61,383 nucleotides of DNA from Chiloscyllium plagiosum (Eukaryota), in assembly GCF_004010195.1 (NCBI RefSeq), contig NC_057719.1:13624151-13685533 (forward strand), read 5' to 3'. Positions 1 to 11,348 of this stretch are shown piece after piece. The first letter of the stretch is position 1; each line of letters opens with the position of its first letter. The notes under the pieces are model-generated. The model worked only from the letters and a program-made list of their open reading frames with translations, searched no databases and was not told where the DNA came from. The position numbers were made by a program, and so were the translations under genes.

Positions 1-279
1 CAACTCTCCAACTTGGCACCACCCTCTTGGCTTGTCCTACCTGTTCATCTTCATTCACCGCCTAAACACTTCACCCTCCCCACTGTCCTATCACAATTAC
101 CCCCTCCCCCACCTGCATCCACCTATTNNNNNNNNNNNNNNNNNNNNNNNNNNNNNNNNNNNNTTATCATTCAGGCCCCTTCCCCCACCACATTCCTAAT
201 GAAGGGCTTATGCCTGAAATGTCGTCTCTCCTGCTCCTCGGATGCTGCCTGACCTGCTGGGCTTTTCCAGCACCACTCT
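1..279 (+). mobile_element. Penelope-like element 3' region and terminus (family 1), with a mutated hammerhead motif
   Basis: C-rich 3' region followed by ttcctaatgaagggcttatgcctgaaatgtc (196-223), a degenerate version of the CTGATGA-AGGGC-TTAT-GCCC-GAAACGTC motif. The same terminus is attached to a GIY-YIG remnant at 16.3-16.8 kb. N gap at 128-163. Confidence 0.75.
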
Positions 280-558
280 CTGCTCCTTGGAAGCTGCCTG
301 ACCTGCTAGGCCTTTCCAGCACACTCTCTGCTCCTCAGAAGCTGCCTGACCTGCTGGGCTTTTCCAGCACACTCTCTGCTCCTCGGAAGCTGCCTGACCT
401 GCTGGGCCTTTCCAGCACACTCTCTGCTCCTCGGAAGCTGCCTGACCTGCTGGGCTTTTCCAGCACACTCTCTGCTCCTCGGAAGCTGCCTGACCGGCTG
501 GGCTTTTCCAGCACACTCTCTGCTCCTCGGAAGCTGCCTGACCTGCTGGGCTTTTGCA
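231..558 (+). repeat. 48-bp tandem repeat (about 6.8 units) derived from the Penelope-like terminus
   Basis: Unit ctgctcctcggaagctgcctgacctgctgggcttttccagcacactct starts at 231, 280, 328, 376, 424, 472 and 520. Confidence 0.95.
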
Positions 559-1225
559 GGTCAGAATTTTTTGATCCGGCCCCCACGCACCCTCCCAAAC
601 ATGTTCAGATTACACATTAGCTTACCATTGCAGATGAGATTGGTGATGGTCTTTGAGTGGTCTTAAATGTCTTTTTCTTTAGCTTCTGCTTGATATAAAC
701 CCATTTGTTACTGGGGATTAAAATTAGTCCCCATTCTCACCTCACAAAAAATTTAATCATACAGATAAATTAAAGAAACATAGACAGCCATAGTCTGAAT
801 ACGGCTCAGCCACACAGGCTCTTTGACAGCTTTCTGGGTGCATTCTAGTGACCTGTGTGAGAACTGAAGACAGTCCATCCAATGAATCCTGTGTTACCCA
901 ACAAGAGTGCATGTGCTATTGACTGAAACTTGAGTTCACCAGGGTCCCAACCTTTCTCTTTGCTCTAAAATAGCTTCAATTGCACCAGAAAGGGTCAGGA
1001 GTGGATCTCCTGAACATATTTACAGCACAATGCCTGACAATTCTGTCCCCAGCCTTTTATTCGTTTCACCTTAAATTACTTCAATAGCAAGAGGAAGAGA
1101 TAGAGAAGAAGAGAGATTTTGAACATTTTTCACAACAATCATAACAAGTCTTGTAAAGCTCAATGTTACATAAAATCTTTTCTCTCATTGATTCTTTGTT
1201 AATGAGTTTGCAGGCTATAGACTCG

Positions 1226-2376
1226 AGCAGTACGGTGGCTCAGTGGTTAGCACTGCTTCCTCACATCGCCAGGGACCTGCATTGGATTCCAGCCCCAGGT
1301 GACTATCTGGGTGGAGTTTGCACATTCTTCCTGTGTCTGTGTTGGTTTCCTCTGGGTGCTCCAGTTCCATCTCACAGTCCAAAGAACCTCAGACTACAAA
1401 GGGATCTTGATCAGATGGGCCAATGGGCTGAGGAGCGGCAGATGGAGTTCAATTTAGATAAACGTGAGGTGCTGCATTTTGGGAAAGCAAATCTTAGCAG
1501 GACTTATACACTTAATGGTAATGTCCCACAGAGAGTTGCTGAACAAAGAGACCTTGGAGTGCAGGTTTATAGCTCCTTGAAAGTAGAGTCGCAGGTAGTG
1601 GTATGCTTTCTTTTATTGGTCAGAGTATTGAGTACAGGAGTTGGGAGGCCATGTTGCGGCTGTTCAGGACATTGGTTTGGTCACTTTTGGAATATTGCAT
1701 GCAATTCTGGTCTCCTTCCTATCGGAAAGATGTTGTGAAACTTGAAAGGGTTCAGAAAAGATTTACAAGGATGTTGCCAGGGTTGGAGGATTTGAACTAT
1801 AGGGAGAGGCCGAACAGGCTGGGGCTGTTTTCCCTGGAGTGTCAGAGGCTGAGGGGTGATCTTGTAGAGGTTTATAAAATGATGAGGGGCATGGATAGGG
1901 TAAATAGGCAAAGTCTTTTCCCTTGTGTCGGGGAGTCCAGAACTAGAGGGTATAGGTTTAGGGTGAGAGGGGAAAGATACACTAAGAGACCTAAGGAGCA
2001 ACTTTTTCACGCAGAGGGTGGTGCACCTCTGGAATGAGCTGCCAGAGGAAGTGGTGGAGGCTGGTACAATTGCAACATTTAAGAAGCATTTGGATGTATA
2101 TATGAAGAGGAAGGGTTTGGAGGGATATGGGGTCGGTTGTTGGCAGGTGGGACTAGACTGGGTTGGGATATCTGGTCGGCATGGTGAATTGGACCGAAGG
2201 GTCTGTTTCCGTGATGTACATCTCTATGACTCTCTGACTCTGTGTGGATTGGCCATGGAAAATGTAGGGTTACAGGGGTATGGTAAGGAAGTGGGCCTTG
2301 GTTGGATGCTCTTCAGAGGGCTGGTGCACACTCAATGTGCTGAATGGCTCTATCTGCACTGTGGCATTCTATGATT
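1226..2376 (+). mobile_element. HE1-like tRNA-derived SINE split by a CR1 insertion (SINE parts about 1226-1384 and 2241-2376)
   Basis: A-box ggtggctcagtggttagca and B-box-like ggattcca, then the central gtggagtttgcacattc domain. The 3' part resumes after the CR1 tail. Confidence 0.85.
1385..2240 (+). mobile_element. CR1 LINE, 5'-truncated (RT C-terminus and 3' UTR)
   Basis: LQRDLDQMGQWAEERQMEFN...VLHFG and [29 protein letters not shown]; tail tctctatgactctctgactct. Confidence 0.95.
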
Positions 2377-2719
2377 TCACTTCAGAGTAATACCAGTAAA
2401 AATATTTTTGATACTGAGCCATGCAGGAGATATCTGGACAGATAAACAAGTGCTTGATCGGAGAAGCAGGTTTAAAGAGTGTCCGAAAGAGGTAGAGAGG
2501 CAGGGAGGTTTAAGGAGAAAATTTCAGAGCTAAGGGTTCAGGTTACTGATTACAAGGCCACTAACATTGAAGCAATCAATGCTGGAAATGTGTACGAGCT
2601 CTGAGTATAAACAAGATGCAAACATTGAGCACACAGTTGATACAACACATCTTTCAAATGTTTTATAGCTCATGCTGCGTGAGTCATGTGTCTGTCCAGA
2701 CTGGCAGAAATATGGTATT

Positions 2720-3020
2720 ATCAGTTATATTGGTGATTAAATGATTGAGATATGCAAAATTGTGAGGAGTCGAGATAGAGTAGAGAGGAGGAACCTGTTT
2801 CCCTTGGCAGAGAGTTAAAAACAACAGGGTTCATAGATTCAAACTAAGTGGCAGAAAGATTAGAAGGGACACAAGGAAAACATTTTTATGCAGTGGGTGA
2901 TGGGATTCTGGAATTCACTGCCTTAGTTGATGGTGGAGGGAAAGACCCCAAACTCATTTAAAAAGTCCCTGGGTCTCCATCCCAAGCACTGTAGACTACA
3001 GGGTTTTAGGCCATTTTAAT
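2720..3020 (+). mobile_element. Decayed CR1 3' fragment
   Basis: ctgtttcccttggcagag...acagggttcatagattcaa...ttttatgcagtgggtgatgggattctggaattcactgcc matches the CR1 ORF2 end. Confidence 0.7.
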
Positions 3021-3254
3021 TGACTGCTTTTAAAACTTAAGTTTCTTTGGATCTGGAAGAAAGGTATTCATAAGGGAAAGATTATTTTTCAAATCGACCT
3101 TGTTGAGATCAACTAAGGGGGTGGGTGAATAAACAAGCATACCAGTTCATCTGTCACCTCCTGGGAGCTGAACAATGTGCATTATCCTGTCCTGGGGAAG
3201 CTTGCCTAGGACTGGGTGTAAAACAATGAAGACTGGGTTCTTGATGAGACTGAT

Positions 3255-3560
3255 ATAGATTCCCCTACAGTGTGGAAACAGGCCCTTCGGCCCAACTAGT
3301 CCACCGTCTGAAGAGTAACCCACCCAGACCCATCCCCCCTGACTAATGCACCCAACTCTATGGGCAATTTAGCATGGCCAATTCACCTGACCTGCACATC
3401 TTTAGACTGTGGGAGGAAACCGGAGCACCTGGAGGAAACCCACGCAGACACGGGGAGGATGTGCAAACTCTAGTTAGACAGTTCCCCAAGGCTGGAATCA
3501 AACCCGGGTCCCTGGTACTGTGAGGCAGCAGTGCTAACCACTGAGCCACCGTGCCACCCC
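3255..3560 (-). mobile_element. HE1-like SINE, full length
   Basis: Reverse complement reads ggggtggcacggtggctcagtggttagcactgctgcctcacag...gggccgaagggcctgtttccacactgtag. Confidence 0.92.
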
Positions 3561-4247
3561 ATATCTTGAAGTTCATTAACTACACTGTTTATAGTACTCA
3601 GACTTTCACATAGTCTGGATTCTAAAACGTTATTTTTTTAATCAACTGGATTGTACAAACTATGACAAACCTCTGGTTCAGGTGGGACTTGCATATGGAC
3701 TTTCTGACCCAGAGGTAGGGACATTACCACTGCACCACAAGATGTCCATACTCTGGGATTTATGCTTACTGATGTTGCAGCTACATTGTATGACTGTGAC
3801 ACCACACATTGGCATCAGTTCGCTCAGTTGGCTGACCTGCAGTGCAATGTGATGCCAACAGTGTGGGCTCAATGGCTGAGGTTATCATGAAGGACTCACC
3901 TTCTCAGCCTTGCCCCTCATATGAGGCATAGTTACCCTCAAATTAAACCACCACCAGTCATTCCTCTTCAATGAGAGAGTGGGGTAACGGTTACACTACT
4001 TTGACTGACGAGACACTACACTGACTCAATTGCTGCTGAAGGTCAGACAAGCATCTTTATACTGCAATAGCGGATATTTACATGTTGTCTACTGTCTTAA
4101 AGGTCCATTGCTTTTCTGAGCTGAAATCTGTGCAATAATACAAGAGTCACCATTTACAACATTGTTCACTAAGCCCTGCCACCCTTGTTGCATTCAGCCC
4201 CATTAGGTACAAACACATGATCTCCCCCATTTACATGGTATCTATGG

Positions 4248-5000
4248 TGCTAAGGACCAGAACAAACCACCTTCAAATATATCAAGGAATGGCTTAAACC
4301 CTAACTTTTATCTGATTTAAAGGCGAGTGCTTAAGGTGCTATACTCCTGATGGAACTCGATTGGTTACACTGCTCAGCTTAAGGCAAAATGCATTTCATT
4401 CACTCGGTGTTTTATTCATACCCTACAGTTAAAATACAAACAAAAGAAAGAAAAATTGGAATAACTTAAATCCGAATGGAAAACTTAACAGAATAATAGA
4501 TTATTTAACGACTAAACAGCAACTGTACCAATATAGTAGCATCCCTTAAACACACCCTTGGCAAAGGCAAAGTCAATAAAACAGATTGTCTCACAGGTAA
4601 TTCTGGCAGGAGAGAGAGAACCCAAGCTTTTAGCTGTGACAGAGAGAGAGAGAGAGAGATAGTGAGATAGTGAGAGAGAGAGAGATAGCGAGAGAGAGAG
4701 AGATAGCGAGAGAGAGCAATAGCGAGAGAAGAATAGCGAGAGAGATGGCGCGCAAGAGAGAGAGAGAGACATAGCAAGAAAGCAAGAGAGAGAGAGAGAG
4801 AGAGCTTCCACAATCAGTTTCAAAACCCCAACAATTACTGTGGGAGCCTGACCCCACCCATTCATGCTGCTTCTGTTGTTCCCAAGGCCTCATAAGCTTT
4901 ACTTTAGTGCTTGGAAGAGACATTTCATCACCAGTGGCTCAAAACCTCGCATTCAAAAAAAAGGACAAAATATGCCTCTTAAAGCCATTGTATCTTCATA
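4248..5000 (-). mobile_element. Solo LTR (Gypsy-type), ATGG target-site duplication
   Basis: atgg at 4244-4247 and 5001-5004 flank a 753-bp unit starting TG. The reverse complement of its left end (ggtttgttctggtccttagca) resembles the end of the Gmr1-like LTR (ggtctgatctggtccagaaca), and both carry an internal CT/GA tract. Confidence 0.7.
4640..4804. repeat. Compound (GA)n microsatellite inside the solo LTR
   Basis: Direct reading. Confidence 0.95.
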
Positions 5001-5963
5001 ATGGGTGGGGGGGGGGGGGGGTTATGGAACAAAAAGCACCTCTTCCAAGAAAGATGTTGTTAAATATGGTTAGGTAAAGCCAGACTCCTCTCCAACAGCT
5101 TGCCACTTATTGGCCTGTCCTCCCATCTGAGTCCCAGAGGTTTTGTTGGACATTTTGCTTTGATCTGAGTGTTGGAGTTTGGAGCTGCTGCTGACATATT
5201 TTCTGCCTTTGTGTGTGAATATGAAACAGAGACAGAGAGAAAAATGCGTCCACAGCTATACTATCCACTGCTCTCCTGTGGATTTATAACAGAGTGCTGC
5301 CCTTTGAAGTCAGTCATCTGCATTGTCATTGAACTCTGCTCAGTGAAGGATATTCTCCGAACAGGACTCACCAAAGCATATCACCCATTGAAACTAGTCA
5401 TCAAAGGCTTTGTTCTGTCTCTCCATGCGGTCTAGAGTGTTGTCACCTGACAGAATTCAGTGAGCCAATATTGTATACTGATTTTGACCTGTAAAATTCC
5501 TGAAACAAAAATCTCCGGTCACCAATCACTGCTGCACTATAATCTCACTCACTGAGCCTTACTAGTCATTGAAGGGTAGAATGGTAACATGATTGGACTG
5601 CTCTCATGGTGTTTACTGTTTTCTCTTCAAGTCTTTACTGGGAAGGAATGTCTATAAATGATAATTCAGGAAGGATAAAGAATCCTATGCCTGAGAACCT
5701 TCAGTGCAGGCTCCATCTTACAGTTGACAAAGCGAGTATTGCTTGTTTTCATATTTGAACAGTGTCTCACTGAATGTTTTGGCCCTTCTTACCCTGAATC
5801 CACCATTTTTAGAATTTCCTGACCGCAAATTAAAACAAATTGCATTTTATTCATCCGCCCAATAACACAGGAAGTACCTGAACAGCACAGACCCTAAAAT
5901 CCTTCAGGTTCAATCCCTGCTATGTCCCAGTTCTGAGGTAGGGCCACTTGACCCAAAATAGGC

Positions 5964-6065
5964 AAAAGAGAGGACTGCAGATGCCGGAAAGCAACACAGC
6001 AGGTCAAGCAGCATCTGAGGAGCAGGAAAATCAATGTTTTGGGCAAAAGCCATTCATCAAGAATG
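5964..6065 (-). mobile_element. Penelope-like terminus fragment (family 1), hammerhead core mutated
   Basis: cacagcaggtcaagcagcatctgaggagcagg...gggcaaaagccattcatcaagaat. Confidence 0.8.
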
Positions 6066-6915
6066 GAGACAGGGAGCCGGTGATGAGCGGTGTCCCGCAG
6101 GGTTCGGTGCTGGGGCCACAGCTGTTCGCATTATATATTAATGATTTGGATGAGGGAACCGGGGGCATTCTAGCGAAGTTTGCCGATGATAGGAAGTTAG
6201 GTGGACAGGCAGTAGTACTGAGGAAGTGGGGAGGCTACAGAAGGATCTAGACAGGTTGGGAGAAAGGTCCAGGAAATGGCTGATGGAATTTAACGTGAGC
6301 AAGTGCGAGGTCTTGCACTTTGGCAAAAAGAATAAAAGCATAGACTACTTTCTAAATGGTGAGAAAATTAATAAAGCCAAAGCACAAAGGGATCTGGGAG
6401 TGCTAGTCGAGGATTCTCTAAAGGTAAACATGCAGGTTGAGTCCGTGATTAAGAAAGCGAATGCAATGTTGTCGCTTATCTCAAGAGGGTTGGAATATAA
6501 AAGCAGAGATGTACTACTAAGACTTTATAAAGCTCTGCTTAGGCCCCAGTTGGAGTACTGTGTCCAATTTTGGTCCCCACACCTCAGGAAGGACATACTA
6601 GCACTGGAACGTGTCCAGCGGAGATTCACACGGATGATCCCTGGAATGACAGGTCTAACATATGAGGAACGGCTGAGGATACTGGGATTGTATTCGTTGG
6701 AGTTTAGAAGATTAAGGGGAGACTTAATAGAGACGCACAAAATAATACATGGCTTGGAAAAGGTGGATACTAGGAAATTGTTACAGTTAAATGTGGAGAC
6801 TAGGACCCGTGGACACAGCCTTAGAATTAGAGGGGGTCATTTCAGAACAGAAATGCGGACACATTTCTTCAGCCAGAGAGTGGTGGGCCTGTGGAATTCA
6901 TTGCCACGGAATGCA
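6066..6915 (+). mobile_element. CR1 LINE RT and 3' part of ORF2 (runs into N gap 6916-7469)
   Basis: [21 protein letters not shown]...KFADD, then LQKDLDRL...LEYCVQFWSPHLRKDILALERVQRRFTRMIPG. Confidence 0.95.
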
Positions 6916-7469
6916 NNNNNNNNNNNNNNNNNNNNNNNNNNNNNNNNNNNNNNNNNNNNNNNNNNNNNNNNNNNNNNNNNNNNNNNNNNNNNNNNNNNNN
7001 NNNNNNNNNNNNNNNNNNNNNNNNNNNNNNNNNNNNNNNNNNNNNNNNNNNNNNNNNNNNNNNNNNNNNNNNNNNNNNNNNNNNNNNNNNNNNNNNNNNN
7101 NNNNNNNNNNNNNNNNNNNNNNNNNNNNNNNNNNNNNNNNNNNNNNNNNNNNNNNNNNNNNNNNNNNNNNNNNNNNNNNNNNNNNNNNNNNNNNNNNNNN
7201 NNNNNNNNNNNNNNNNNNNNNNNNNNNNNNNNNNNNNNNNNNNNNNNNNNNNNNNNNNNNNNNNNNNNNNNNNNNNNNNNNNNNNNNNNNNNNNNNNNNN
7301 NNNNNNNNNNNNNNNNNNNNNNNNNNNNNNNNNNNNNNNNNNNNNNNNNNNNNNNNNNNNNNNNNNNNNNNNNNNNNNNNNNNNNNNNNNNNNNNNNNNN
7401 NNNNNNNNNNNNNNNNNNNNNNNNNNNNNNNNNNNNNNNNNNNNNNNNNNNNNNNNNNNNNNNNNNNNN

Positions 7470-7810
7470 ATGTAGCAAAGAGTACAATGGATGAATGGGG
7501 GTGGGGATGGAGGTGATAGGTCAGAGAGGAGAGTGGAGCGGATAGGTGGGAAGGAAGATTGACAGGTAGGACAGGTCATGGGGACAGTGCTGAGCTGGAA
7601 GGTTGGAACTGGAGTAAGGTGGGGGGAGGGGAAATGACGAAACTGGTGAAGTCCACATTGATGCCGTGGGGTTGAAGTGTTCCGAGGCGGAAGATGACTC
7701 GGTCCTAAATGTTCACTCTGATTTCTATCCACAGGTGCTGCCAGACCTGCTGAGTATTTCCAGTAATTTCTATTTTTGTCTGTGATTTGCAGCACACACG
7801 GTTCTTTCGG
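7470..7810 (-). mobile_element. Penelope-like 3' region with an inverted terminal piece
   Basis: 7640-7697 reads (minus) as the GIY-YIG C-terminal IFRLGTLQPHGINVDFTSF. 7698-7810 is a family 4 terminus in the opposite orientation. Confidence 0.75.
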
Positions 7811-8099
7811 GTTGTGTTCTATGAGGGAATAGTTCAGAAGGAGTTAAAGTTGATGTTGCATTAGGTTCCACCCACTCTAACGATAGAATCACATAGCGTG
7901 AAAGAAGTCCTTTTGCTTATCGAGTCTGCATTGACAAAAACTATCCTAAAGGTACACTAGTCCCACTTTCTACCACTTGGCCAATAGTCTTGAATATTAT
8001 GACATTTCAATGCTCATCCATGTACGTTTTTGCAGGTTGTGAGGTTTCTTGCCTCAACCACCCTGTACCCCCCCCCAAGACAGTGCATTCCAGATAGTG

Positions 8100-8760
8100 T
8101 TAAACAGATCTGCCTGAGTCTCTGAGAAGGGGTTGTGGGTTCTGCACAGCTCCTGAGAGCCTGAAGTGAATATGCCGAGAAAGTTATGCAGAATGTATCT
8201 AGTAGAACATACAATGAAATAAACTACCTTCTTGTGTAAGACACGTGCCTCTTTTGTTTCAACTTACCAGCGGACTATCCTTCGCAGCTGATAAGCAGAC
8301 AGGCTCTCGACTCAACATAGGAAAAGGAGATTGGTGGAGAGTGCTATGCAGTCCAGCATAAGACAGTAGGTACATTGCAATCCAGTGCAATACACTGGAC
8401 AAGGAACACCATTCAGGGTTCCCACCTCCTGACTGTTGCCTGGTTTCCACGTCTGATATACAAATGACTCAGGATGAAGTCATCATTAAGTTCAAAATTG
8501 AGGCAGGCAGGCTGATGATGCTCACTCCCAAGCTTCACACATCAATAATAGCAACTCTATCAGTTATTTGAGTACACCCAGTATATGTGCAGCTCCATTG
8601 CAATGAGGAGTCAGTCACTGCAAAATTCAATGCCATTGTTATGAATATTTCAGTCGCCTCCAAACCAGCAGTCATGACTCTCATTAATATACAGTCCATG
8701 CCTATTACCACCATGTTATGAAATGTTGAGACATTTTTTTTTGTATCTAAATGCTCCAAT
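8100..8760 (-). pseudogene. Possible highly decayed PIF/Harbinger transposase remnant
   Basis: Ordered weak motifs on minus: TMALNFAVTDS (cf. xALNFYATGSFQ), IALDCNV (cf. GAIDCTHV), SAYSL...PTT (cf. DSAYPL...PxT). By-eye similarity only. Confidence 0.3.
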
Positions 8761-10917
8761 TAATGCCTTTTCTTTATCTGTAAAGTTTAAACACACAGGG
8801 CAGACCTCCCCACACCACGAGCAGTAGGTAAAGGGATTATCAGTTGTTTTCTATTTGTTTGTGGGGTACGGGCTTCACTGGCTAAGTTAGCTTTTGGAGC
8901 CCATCTCTAATTACCCTTGAGGAGCTGCCTTGTTGAACCACTGCAGTCCTGTGTGGTAGAGGGACACCTGCAGTGCTGTTAGGAGGGCATTTCCAGAAAT
9001 TTGACCGAACCACAGTGAAGAAACAGTGATTTAATTCCAAGTCAGGATGTTGTGTGGCTTGGAGGGCAACTTACAGATGGTGGTGCTTCGATGTATCTGT
9101 TGCCTACTGTCTTTGAGATGGTTGATGCTTGAATTGCTGGTAATGTGAGGTATTGACTCAGACCCTCAGTGTGAGGGAGGGGTACAGCAATGAAGCATGA
9201 TTGATGAAGATTATTGGTAGGTGTGTGATGCATTCTGGGTCAGTTAGGAGGACATGAGTCTAATAGTGCACTTTGTGTGATATGCCATTTGAAGTTGAAT
9301 TTATCGACATTAACCACTCATGTAAAATCATTGAGCTCCAATTGACACTGCTTTCAGGTCCAGGCCTACACTGCTGTTATACAGCTGCATGGATATCTGC
9401 ACCATTACTTTCACAGAGTTTGTCCAGAGGGTGCTGACTAGATCCTGGAATCACGGAGAGGAGCAGGCTGCCCAATGCTTGCACACGGTGACTGAATCAG
9501 AAACAACTCTCACGGGCTAGTTGTAAACTCTTGAAAGCAGTTTTAAAACTTTGCCTTCAGGAAAGGCACAGTGTGGGACCAGATTGGCAGAGAAATTCAT
9601 CGAACGAGACAAAGGATCACAGTCAGTAGCATTGCACTTCAAAAATGGAATTTAATAATAACTTTCACTGCCTAAAACGTATGGATTATCCCAGATGATC
9701 AGAGTAATCAGCTACCTGTCAAAGGCAAGGGTCCTGGAGCTCAGTCTGAAATACAGTGTTATAAAGCCCATTTAAGGTCATGATACATCTGACAATGTGA
9801 CCTTTCCCCTCTTCCTTTTACTGGATTTTCTGCTGTTAAAGTGTTTTATGGATCTTTCTAACTGCTCCATAAATATCAATAAAACTCAGAAGTGATAGTC
9901 ATGAAGCATGGCTAATAGATCTTTTGTTTCTTTATTATCATATGCATCAATGAATCTCTATCTACTTAACTGAATGTTAGGAATGTGTACTAAATCTTCA
10001 TAATTTGTGATGAACAAAATCAACAGCTTCCACTTAGCAAGCACACTGTAAACAGTATCACAACCCATGCCATGGAAGTTTTCCTTGTTCTGACACTGGG
10101 CTGCTCTCTTTCTCTCTCTCTCTCTCTCTCCTTCTCCCCACCCACACTAACAGCAGCACTGACATGTTAACACACGGTCTACAAACCCACTGACCACCAG
10201 CCTGTCCCCAGAACGGAATTCTCCAACTGCAGCAGAATCACTGTGAGCCAATGTTCCTCACGCTCTGAGCTACAGGCAACACTCCCATTATTCACCAAGG
10301 CAATCGAAACACTAACAAAACGCTGGGAATGTTTGGCTTGGATATGGTTCTCTTGGGAATGTGATTTCATTAGTGATACCAAAATCAAACAGCAGAGGAC
10401 AAGATGCCTGCAATAAAGATCTATTTAAACAACAACTTGTATTGATTGATCAAAATTCGTCAAACAGTTTTTTAAAAAAACAACATTTGTTTGTGAAATA
10501 TGATCACCTCCGGTAAGGCCTGCATTAAGTGCCCATTTCTTATTTCCCTCAGGGGTCGGAGTGGGGGGGGTGGGAGGTTGGGGTTGGCAGGGGCAGTGCT
10601 GAGCTGTCTTCTTGAAGAGCTGCAGACCTGTCGGGAAGGAGGCAGTGACAGGCGACAGTGGGAGCAGCTGTGACAGGGAGAAATGCAGCAACAGAAGACA
10701 GAGTGATGGGTGATGGGTGACAGGAAGTTTTGCAGCATCACCACTCCCCCCTCACCCCCAGCTCCCCACCATCTAGCGTTCAGGCTGAGGGCGCACATAA
10801 ATTTACCAAGTGACCTTGGCATCACTCCCCTCACCTCCCACCCCACCCCAACTACCCCTCTCCCAAGCATCATCAAATTGGAAGACATTTTAAGGTAGTG
10901 GGTGCAGCCTACATTGA

Positions 10918-11348
10918 GTGTGGCTCAGTGGTTAGCACTGCTGCCTTATAGTGTCAGGTGCCTGGGTTTGATTCTAGCCTCAGGTGGCTGTGTGGAGTTT
11001 GCATGTTCTCCGTGTGCTCCAGTTTCCTCCTACAGTCCAAAGATGAGCAGGTAAGGTGAACTGGCCATGCTAAATTGTCCAAAATATTCAAGGGTGTGTA
11101 GGTTGGGTGCATTAGTCAGGGATTGAATGGTAGGAGAATGGGTCTGGGTGGGTTACTCTTTCGAGGGTTGGTGTTGGCTTGTTGGGCCAATGGAGAAGGT
11201 GAGATCTGCAGATGCTGGAGATCAGAGCTGAAAATGTGTTGCTGGAAAAGCGCAGCAGGTCAGGCAGCATCCAAGGAGCAGGAGAATCGATGTTTCGGGC
11301 ATGAGCCCTTCTTCAGGAATGTCAAAGGGCTTGTTTCCATACTGTAGA
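10918..11348 (+). mobile_element. HE1-like SINE with a Penelope-like terminus inserted at about 11191-11320
   Basis: gtggctcagtggttagcactgctgcc head. The tail ttgggccaa...aagggcttgtttccatactgtag is interrupted by the family 1 terminus. Confidence 0.88.

Noticed and set aside
208..620. Repetitive ORFs and CRISPR-like periodicity
   Set aside because: Contiguous 48-bp units with no unique spacers and no cas genes; the ORFs are translations of the tandem repeat.
1226..1300. tRNA gene (also at other SINE heads)
   Set aside because: A/B boxes continue into a SINE body and LINE-derived tail; no complete cloverleaf, and multiple diverged copies.
4505..4923. Leu/Ser-rich membrane-protein-like ORFs
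   Set aside because: Translations of the GA/CT microsatellite.
6226..7795. Long ORFs of 194-422 aa
   Set aside because: Inflated by the N gap at 6916-7469; the real parts are CR1 and Penelope-like fragments.
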